DNA of 31,632 nt from contig NW_021832288.1 in the NCBI RefSeq assembly GCF_006345805.1, positions 1-31,632 on the forward strand. The letters run 5' to 3'. The position numbers were made by a program, and so were the translations under genes. Positions 22,965-31,632 of the stretch are shown piece by piece. Source of the DNA: Octopus sinensis (Eukaryota). Position 1 is the stretch's first letter; each line of letters starts with the position of its first letter. The notes below the pieces were generated by a model. It was not told where the DNA came from. It saw only the letters and a list, made by a program, of their open reading frames with translations, and did no database searches.

Positions 22965-23807
22965 ATATCAAGAGGTGATGCAGTACGACCGTTTCAATCG
23001 GCTCCATTTAATTAAATAATGCAATCATTACATCAGTTTAAATGCAGGGCTATCCTCAGCTGCATAAATAAATAGAATTTTTTCATCAGTTGGACACATT
23101 GATATAATTTTACCCCAATTCTCTAATAGAGCAAGAAGAGGGAAAGAGTCCATGTTGCCACTAATGTAGCTAAGAATATACTACAATTCTAAGAACTGTA
23201 TGGAGTTTGTTGGGGTCATAGCTTGTAAAGGATTGTGGTTCATTTTTAATTTATTTGTCTTTTTTATCAACTACCAAATCTAAGACGAGATGACAGTGTC
23301 TCTTTAGATTGGATACACGGAGTGAGTTGACAGTTTATAGTTGGGTATGGTCATAAATATTGTCAGGATTTTAGGATTTGTATAAGTAAGACAATTACTC
23401 ATACAAATCCTAAAATCCAGACAATATTTATGACCCTACCCAACTATAAACTGTCAACTCACTCCGTGTATCCATTCTAAACAGACACTGTCCTCTTCTC
23501 TTTGATTTGGTAGATGATAAAAAAGGTTAATAAATTAGAAATGAACCACTATCCTATACAAGCTATGACCCCTAACAAACTTCATACAGTTCTTAGATGT
23601 GTAGTATATTCTTAGCTACATGGATTCTTTCCCTCTTCTTGTTCTATTAGAAAATTTGAGTAAAATTATATTAATGCGTCCAACTGTTTAAACATTTTAT
23701 TTATTTATGCAGCTGAGGATAGCTCTGCATTTAAATTGATGCAATGGTTGCTTTGTTTAGTTAGATGGAGCCGCTTGAAACGATCGTACAACATCACCTT
23801 TAGATAT
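22965..23807. repeat. Long imperfect palindrome (arms about 420 bp, 5-nt loop at 23390-23394)
   Basis: Arms align end to end by eye at roughly 85% identity, with a 12-bp indel near 23155. Confidence 0.92.
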
Positions 23808-24804
23808 TTTGATTTTAATGCTTATTTTGATTTTATTCACCTTACTTTGAATTGTACGGATAATACCGCGCTGACTTGGAGCTTCAGCCTAAGAACCTAA
23901 TTCAACTGAATCCCAATTACATATGTGTGTGTGTGTGTGCGTGCGTGTGTGTGTGGTATATGTATATATATATATATGCATATACATGTACATATATATA
24001 CGCGTGTACACGTGAGTGCGAAAGCTCACTTTGGAGCAAATAAAGATATCATTATGTTTTGTGTGTTGTAGTGATTTTGTCGATGCTGCTAATGATAACG
24101 AAAATGGTTGTGGTCAAGTAATGATGGTGGTCAAGTTTAGAGGTCGTGAGTGCCGTTGTGTATTTAACACCTCGATGAACCGAGTCTTTGAACCGAGTTT
24201 CGATTCTCAACAGGAACCGTTTTCAATTACATAATTTTTATGTTATACACTTTTATATGCGTGTGTGCGTATGTATATGCGTGTTTATGTATGAGTAAGC
24301 ATGTATATAAATATATATATATATATATATACTCATATACATATATGCATGCATATATATATGTATGTATTTCTTTTACATGTATGTATGTAGTATATAT
24401 ATATATATATATATATAAGGAAGTAGTTACTACACGTATAATGGTCACAGTTCTTGTGTCTGTGAATGTATGTGGAATAGTTGTCATCACATGTGGGACG
24501 GATCCGACTATGAGTGGAGACCATCATGAGGTGGACCAATTTAACAAACCGCCATCTTGTTTGTCAAGGACGGTCAGTTTTATCATCATTTATATCATTT
24601 ATAAGAATCAAAATGTTCAGTTATTTTACAAGTTGTAGCTAAAATGAAATCGGCGGAGGAGTAAATTTTTGATAGATCCGAGAACTGAGCATCTTTTGCC
24701 GCTCATCCAGGGAACATTTTTCTCACTTCAATTTTCATTTCAAGCAAAAACTAAGATTAAGGACACAATATCCAACTGCCACGTTATTATTCTTGTTAAA
24801 GTTG

Positions 24805-24856
<52 letters not shown>

Positions 24857-25570
24857 CATACTTTTGTACAAACAGCTTTTATTTACTTTATTTTTTGTTT
24901 CTTTTCGTTCTGTTTGATTTTGTTTTTGGTGGGATTTGGAGTTTTTTCTTTTCTTTTCTTTTTCATTTTTTTTTTTTTTGCAAATGTCAGATGGTAATCA
25001 AAGGTTTGCGAGGGTGGATGATTCCACCCGAAAGTTTTTACACCCTGGCGATAAAGCTGAATGGAATAATCCTGCTGTTAATGGTAATCATACTCTTTTT
25101 ATGCAACGCATTTTTTTGAATATTTTTTTTAAAGGAATTTGCATATTCCTTACATCATCCTCCATATACACACACAAATGTGCAAGCTCACGCACACACA
25201 CACATGTATGTATATATATATACATGCGTGCATGTGACTGTCTGTATGTTTATATATATACATGTGTGTATGTATAAACTATCCGTGTATGAAACCATCC
25301 CCCCCTCCATTCCCTTCGTCTTTTTTCTCCATATTACTTTTGTTAGTTTCAACATCAATATTAAGTTGTAAAGTAAAGTAATATTTCTTTATTGTTTCAT
25401 ATATTTTATTTACTCTTTGTTTCTTTTTCATTTTTGTTTTTTTGCTGTGTGTATTTTTTTGTTTTGTTTGCTTGTTTGTTTGTTTGTCTTCTTTTTGTTT
25501 TTTGCTTGTTTGTTTTTCTTTGTTTTTCTTTATTTATTTTTTTTGTTTTGTTTTTGTTTTCTTTCAATAG

Positions 25571-26251
25571 TTACGTTCCCCCCGATAAATAAAGTGCTTC
25601 TTCTATCTGGAAGCGTCTTTTCTCGATTCGAAACCGTTTCCGCTCCATTCGCAGTCGCTTCTCTTCGAGATCTAATCGTCCTTTTTCGATTTGTAACCTT
25701 TGTTTCTCGATGGTTAGTCTTTCTTTTTCAATTCCAATAAACTCGGGAGACGACGATTGGTCAGCAGTCACGTGACTTTCAATTTGTCGGCTGTGGCTGG
25801 CCCGGTAGCGCCACAGTGCAGCCGGCATGTCAGACGACACCCATCTCACGTGATCGAATGGATGCTGTGACTGTTGGTGCGTCGTCGGCGGCGGTGGCGG
25901 CGGCGGCGGCGGTGGAGGCGGTAGCGGCGGCGGCAGCGAAGGTGGAGGTGGAGGCGGCGGCGGCGGTGGGGGTGCTGGCTGCGACAGCGACGGAGGAGGC
26001 TGCAAGGTGAGACACTGCGGGACGGTGACCTGAATACAGGAGTGCGGCGACGTGACTATAGGGGCCGAATGCGCCGGCGGAGGTTGCGGGTGGGCCGGCG
26101 GCGGCTGAAGCGTGGGTGATGGACTGCAGGCTGCTATCAATATAGCCGATGTGGACGGTTGGTATTTGGACTCGACGGTCGTAACCGGAGACATGGACTT
26201 TTCTTTATCACCACAGTTTTCCAGATGATTCCTCACAACTTCCGAGGTATT
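25571..26251 (-). CDS. Terminal coding exon (226 aa + stop) of a Pro-rich protein with a C-terminal heptad coiled coil; resembles Myb/SANT-like coiled-coil proteins (MSANTD4-like tail)
   Basis: Open frame NTSEVVRNHLE...ALYLSGGT*, preceded by a polypyrimidine tract and acceptor TTTCATTTTCGTTTTGTTTTCTTTTCCAG (intron ends at 26252, phase 0). GC-rich against an AT-rich background. Six heptads IEKERLT-IEKQRLQ-IEKGRLD-LEEKRLR-MERKRFR-IEKRRFQ. Family assignment is from memory of the EKERLQIEKERL-type tail; no upstream exon identified in the window. Confidence 0.82.
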   Translation of the reverse strand, partial: NTSEVVRNHLENCGDKEKSMSPVTTVESKYQPSTSAILIAACSPSPTLQPPPAHPQPPPAHSAPIVTSPHSCIQVTVPQCLTLQPPPSLSQPAPPPPPPPPPPPSLPPPLPPPPPPPPPPPPTTHQQSQHPFDHVRWVSSDMPAALWRYRASHSRQIESHVTADQSSSPEFIGIEKERLTIEKQRLQIEKGRLDLEEKRLRMERKRFRIEKRRFQIEEALYLSGGT

Positions 26252-26319
26252 CTGGAAAAGAAAACAAAACGAAAATGAAAATAAACTAGAATAATAATAA
26301 CAGCAACATTAATGATTCA

Positions 26320-27150
26320 TTCTACAATAAGCAGAAGGCCTGAAATTTAGGGGGAAGAAGGCTGGTTAATTACATCGACCCCAGTGCGTAACTGGTACTT
26401 ATTTTATCGGACCTCAGCGGTATTTGAGCTCAGCTCGTAAAAAGCCGGGAAAAATGCCGCTAAACCTATTTCTTTACTACCCACAAGGGTCTAAACACAG
26501 AGGGGACAAACTAGGGCAGACACACGGATTAAGTCGATTACATCGACCCCAGTGCGTAACTGGCACTTATTTAATCGACCCCGAAAGGATGAAAGGCAAA
26601 GTCGACCTCGGCGGAATTTGAACTCACAACGTAACGGCAGACGAAATACCACTAAGCATTTCGCTCGGCGCGCTAACGTTTCTGACAACTCGCCGCTAAA
26701 CCTTTTAAGCGTTTTATGCGACGCGCTAACGATTCTGCCAGCACACCGCTTCCACAATACCATTTATAAGTCTTACATCTGGAAGCACAGGTAATTACAT
26801 TGATGAGGGAGGAAGCTAATCGATTACATCGACTCCAGGACGTACAGCAAAGTTTGAAGGCAAAACCAATAACCGGAAGAAATATCTCAAAGCATTTTCT
26901 CCGGCGCTAAGGATTCTCCCGGTACGCCGCCTTAATTGATATTTCCACTAAAAGCACAAGGCCTGGAAGGGAGCTAGTTGATTACCTTGACCCTGATGGT
27001 ACTTATTTTATCGACCCTCAAAGATTGAAGGAAAAATTTGATCACAGCGAAATTTGAACTCAAAACGTAAAACCGGAAGAAATACTGCCAAGAATTATCA
27101 AGAAATACTGCCAAGAATATCCGCCATGCTAATGATTCTGCCAGTTTGCT
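26320..27150 (-). mobile_element. Stack of about five co-oriented SINE copies or fragments of the second family
   Basis: Copies at about 26320-26465, 26466-26697 (best preserved, A and B boxes), 26698-26750 (head only), 26770-26932 and 26944-27150. Confidence 0.85.
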
Positions 27151-27404
27151 TCTTTCACAATATTGATGATAACGTTTTCTAACATAGACACAAGACTTCA
27201 AAATTCTGCGAGGGGAGGAAATATAGAATGAACGCCTAGGTCAGTATTTATTTTGTCCACATCTGATAAATTAAAGACCAAGTTGACCAACGTATATAAA
27301 CATGGCTATAGAGTTGAGAAGTTTGATTCACAACCATGCGGTCTCACTTCACGGTTTCTTCAGTAAGTGACATTGTACACGGAAAACGTGCGGAAGCCCG
27401 CCGT

Positions 27405-27440
<36 letters not shown>

Positions 27441-27529
27441 ACACACACACCACACACACACACACAAACGCCCGCGGGAGCATTTGCACAAGCGTCAGAG
27501 GCGGTCATGCAACTAAGTTATATAGAGTA

Positions 27530-27715
27530 TCTTTTATCTTTTACTATTTACTTCTTTCAGTTACTAGACTGCGGCCATGCTGGGGCACCGCCGTGAACTT
27601 TTAGTCGAATGAATCGACTCCAGTACCTATTTTTTAAGCTTGGTACTTATTTTGTCAATTTTTTTGTCGAACGGGGACACCACAAACACACCAAGACCGA
27701 ATGTCAAGCGGTGAT
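27530..27715 (-). mobile_element. 3' tail fragment of the same SINE family
   Basis: TTTCAGTTACTAGACTGCGGCCATGCTGGGGCACCGCC...TGGTACTTATTTTGTC...TGTCAAGCGGTGATG. Confidence 0.7.
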
Positions 27716-27857
27716 GTATATATACATGTGTATATCTGTATATATATAAAGTTAATCCAAACAAGAAAACACAAATGAAACAAAAAAACACAACAACGCG
27801 AGGACGTGGAACAAATAAAGTATTATTGGACGCTCAGGAAAGAAGGGAAGAAGGAGG

Positions 27858-27892
27858 GTTTAACGTTTCGAGCGGAGCTCTTCGTCGGAAAC
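27858..27892 (-). ncRNA. Hammerhead-like motif with CCGACGA core, in a probable pLTR fragment (about 27775-27962)
   Basis: GTTT CCGACGA A GAGC-TCC-GCTC GAA ACGT T AAAC; stems I and II are perfect 4 bp. Confidence 0.6.
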
Positions 27893-27961
27893 ATAGGAGA
27901 AGGAAAGATCCCGAGAAGGGAAGACGGAGGAAAAAAATCGCCAGCGGTACTCACGAGGTCA

Positions 27962-27965
27962 CATA

Positions 27966-28011
<46 letters not shown>

Positions 28012-28186
28012 TATATATATAAGGAGAGAGAGAGAGAGGGGGGAGAGCAAAGACAGAGAAAGAGGGAGGGAGAGAACTCGAGGTGGCGGGAGAGAGGGGA
28101 GGGAGCAAGAGCAAGATATACGAGAGCCAGATAGATGAATAAAGAGATACAAACATAGGCAGCCATATATAGACAGACAGACAGAC

Positions 28187-28262
<76 letters not shown>

Positions 28263-28270
28263 GGATGGAT
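27962..28270. repeat. (TA)n, AG-rich and (AGAT)n microsatellites
   Basis: Directly visible. Confidence 0.9.
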
Positions 28271-28919
28271 AAATAGATAAAGTTAATGACTCACAAGGCA
28301 ATGTGAGTCATTTACTACCTATCTACAAACATACACATGCATGTACACACATCTCTATATACATACATGACATGTGAATGTACACGCACACACACACAAC
28401 ACACACACATATATACACAGACACACACACACATATATACACCCTAATACATTCTAATACATACATGTGCATGTCAATACATATCTACGCAGTGTCTTCA
28501 TAATTCACTCTAGTGTCAGAATATCGTTTCCATCAACAATACCACCACGAATATTCCCCGACCAATATTCCCCACAACAACAACAACACCACCAAGAACA
28601 ACAACAACAACACCACCTCCGCCACCGTCAAGCTACCAAGGCAGTCGTTGACACTCTCTTGTCTTGGGATTCTCTTTCACCCTCGACCGTTTCTCCCTCA
28701 GATCATGAAAGACTGTCAGTTCGTGTGTACGTGTGTGTGTGTGTGTGTCCACTCCACACCATCCATACTGCCATTCTTTGTCCCCACGCCCCCCTATATT
28801 GCCCCACCCTTACTGCCAAGATGTCTCGGAACAAACTGCCAACTTTTGCACGTTCCTGCAACCTTATGCTGCAGTGAATATTTTCAACTGCCTCATTTCT
28901 AGTGCATTAGCACCGTTTC

Positions 28920-29122
28920 ACACACACACGCACACACACACACACATACATACACACACACACGCAAACGCATACACACATATACACACGTGTATTATAT
29001 ATATATAACACACATATATATACTATATATATATATATATTACTATAATATATATATAAATGCATACATATATATATACATATATATATGTATATATATG
29101 TATATATATATGTATGCATTTA

Positions 29123-29163
<41 letters not shown>

Positions 29164-30095
29164 TAAATATATATATACTATCATTATATAAATGCATACA
29201 TATATATATATACATATATATACATATATATATTCATATATATACATATATATATTCATATATATATATACACACACACACACATACATACTCGCATACC
29301 TACATGTACATATTACATTAGGCACATGGTCGTTTTCCATCTTTTTCTCTCTCTTTTTCTTTGCCTCTTTGTCTCTCTCTCTCCCTCTCTTTCCTTCTCC
29401 ATCTCTATCAAACCCCTCTCTCTCCCTCTCTCTCTTTCTATAGTCTTTCTTACTACTCTGACTCTTTGCTCCCAATTGTCTCTTAATTTCTTCTTTCTTC
29501 ATCATTCATACACCTCCCCCTCTTTCCTTTCTCTGCCTCTCATGACCTGCCCCCTCCTTATAATTCCACTTCTTACCAACCCTCTCACGTTTTACTTTTT
29601 TCATTTTGTTCTTGTTTTTCTTCTTTTCTTCTCCTTCTTCGCCTTTTTTTCTCCATCTACTTCTTTGTGGTCATCTTCTTTACTTTCTTCTTCTTCTTCT
29701 TCTTCTTCTTCTTCTTCTCCTTCTTCGCCTTCCTCTTCTTCTCCTCCTCCTTCTTCACCTTTCCTTCTCATCTTCCTTCTTCTTCCCCTTCTTCTTCTTC
29801 TTCTTCTTCTTCTTCTCCTCCTTCTTCTTTTTCTTCTTTGCCTTCCTCTTCTTCTCCTCGTCCTCCTTCACCTTTTTCTTCTCTTCTTCCTTCTCCTTCT
29901 TCGCCTTTTTTCTCCATCTACTTCTTTGTGGTCGTCTTCTTTTTCACTTTCTTCTTCTTCTTCTTCTTCTTCTTCTTCTTCTTCTTCTTCGCCTTCCTCT
30001 TCTTCTCCTCATCCTTCTTCACCTTTTCCTTCTCATCTTCCTTCTTCTTCCCCTTCTCCTTTTTCTTCATCTGATTCTTCTTCTCCTCCTTCTTC
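28920..30095. repeat. (CA)/(TA) microsatellites followed by a long polypyrimidine (CT)/(CTT) tract with an internal ~262-bp duplication
   Basis: Directly visible; GCCTTTTTTCTCCATCTACTTCTTTGTGGTC occurs at 29641 and 29903. Confidence 0.9.
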
Positions 30096-30189
30096 TACAC
30101 GATCTCGGTTGTGTACTCCGTTTGACCATTGAACCTTGTTTTTAAAAAAAAAAGACAACTGACTAAACCTGAGGCATCTACTTTTCGCC

Positions 30190-30915
30190 GTGTCCTACAG
30201 AGTGAAGGAACAGGTTCCACTGATCAAATCCATCTGCTGCCAACGCTCGCTCCGCATTGGTCTCGAGATTCCATCGTTGACCAAGCACAGACATGCTAAC
30301 GCTTCGAGGCTAACGCACCTGCCGAAATGTCTAAACCATTCATACAATGACGACGATATCGGTGACCTAAATGTGTCCAGACATCTTTTGTGCGAAATGT
30401 TTTTTCCTGCAGCTCGTCTCCTTGACCGGCCTGTAATCATGGGTTAAGTGTAGAACTATGGTTTTGTTGGCATCCACAGCACTCAGCAAGATGGACTACG
30501 TTGTCCCTTCGAAAATGACCAACGCATTCTGTAGCGGGTTAGCGGAGTGTATAAGTGATGGTAATCCGGGAGAGACTTCGGGTGTTGACGGCCACAGCCT
30601 AAGTAGTCACTTCTAGAGAATTTTCATATCGAGGACTATGGCCGATTGCCAGACGTTGAAGGATGGGCGTTAGCTGTTCCAGACAGAATATACCGTCACG
30701 GAAGTGTCAACGACCAAACCACTGCGAGATGCGCTCTGAGAGCCGAAGCAATCCTACACACTACCATTCAGTACTAATGCATTACTGCCTTACCGTTTGT
30801 AGGATAAATCTGGTTATAAACCGATTCCATAACGAAAGTTCGGCCAATGCACAGGTTTCTTAATGGCGGTGCCCCAGCATGGCCACAGCTCATGAGCTGA
30901 AACTAGAATCAATCA
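30190..30915 (+). mobile_element. Possible decayed LINE remnant (AP-endonuclease-like motifs) ending in a retroposon-type tail
   Basis: Fragments IGDLNV, FLQLVSLTGL*SWVKCRT, SKMDYV and DGHSL recall GDFN / xDY / SDH motifs; tail GGCGGTGCCCCAGCATGGCCACAG...(AATC)n resembles the SINE tail. Confidence 0.35.
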
Positions 30916-31547
30916 ATCAATCAAAAACCACCTTCCATTGATCGAAAGACCGATCGGCAGCTTTGGATCCTCTCCATTTTTCATCAGTTTCGAGTCAAGA
31001 AGCAGTCAAGAAGAAGCTTTTGCTCTTTGCCTTTAGCTTTGAGCTTCCTAGACAATGATGGATGTGATTCTGGTCAATATCAGCTTGCTTACCACGGGCC
31101 ACATATTTGCCATGTAGAGTTTTCTGATCTCATCAACCAGCCAATTATCATTATTGTGGTTGTTGTTGTTGTCGTCGTCGTTGTTGTCGTCGTTGTCATT
31201 GTTTCACTAAGTTCCGAAACTTTGTAAAGAATTGCTGTTTAATTGTCTGTTTAGGATTTACTATGCATTTCGTTGTTTATGCGACGATGAACAGAAATAA
31301 TGGAACATTCCATTCACCGGCTCCCAATGGAGTCGTAATGAACAATAAACGATATTGTTTATAAGTAAGTTTAATTAATAATTTCACAAATTAAACGTTA
31401 TATGACGAGTTGGAAGAAATGACAGGATAAGAATTTTAGAGAGACGCAGATAAGAATCTCTAATTCATTATCATTAGCGGTAATTGTCCTCCTTTGGTTC
31501 AAAGTTCAAAGTCCAAATCTAGCAACAACAACAACAACAACAGTAGA

Positions 31548-31632
31548 GGCGCAATGGTCCAGTGGTTAGGGCAGCGGACTCGCGGTCGTAAGAACGCGGT
31601 TTCGATTCCCAGACCGAGCATTGTGAGTGTTT
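31548..31632 (+). mobile_element. tRNA-derived SINE head, third family, truncated by the window end
   Basis: GGCGCAATGGTCCAGTGGTTAGGGCAGCGGACTCGCGGTCGTAAGAACGCGGTTTCGATTCCCAGACCG; A and B boxes present but no full cloverleaf, so not called a tRNA. Confidence 0.75.

Noticed and set aside
25388-25538. AATAAA polyadenylation signals on the minus strand
   Set aside because: They occur within A-rich low-complexity sequence where such hexamers are expected by chance.
28467-28902. Plus-strand Gln/His-rich and Asn-rich ORFs
   Set aside because: Both frames run through a (CAA)n tract and a (TG)n microsatellite; no splice support or recognisable domain.

Overview
AT-rich, microsatellite-dense eukaryotic DNA. 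The tRNA-derived SINE motifs match those I recall from octopus, so a coleoid cephalopod, probably Octopus, is inferred. Most listed ORFs are translations of simple repeats. The only convincing host coding sequence is a terminal exon on the minus strand (26251-25571), Pro-rich with a heptad coiled coil resembling Myb/SANT coiled-coil proteins. The rest is a mosaic of mobile-element remnants: a truncated Tc1 transposase, two Tx1/L1-type ORF2 C-terminal remnants, about a dozen SINE copies, several hairpin MITEs, a ~840-bp near-spacerless palindrome and a 217-bp near-identical inverted pair 7 kb apart. The most interesting locus is a 5'-truncated Penelope-like element (14676-16028). Its decayed GIY-YIG ORF is followed by a terminal repeat combining a tRNA-like Pol III A/B-box head, an (AAT)n linker and a minimal type I hammerhead ribozyme motif; fragments of this repeat recur in alternating orientations. 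Three further hammerhead-like motifs with unrelated flanks and variant cores occur at 2245, 4225 and 27858. All alignments were done by eye; no searches were run.
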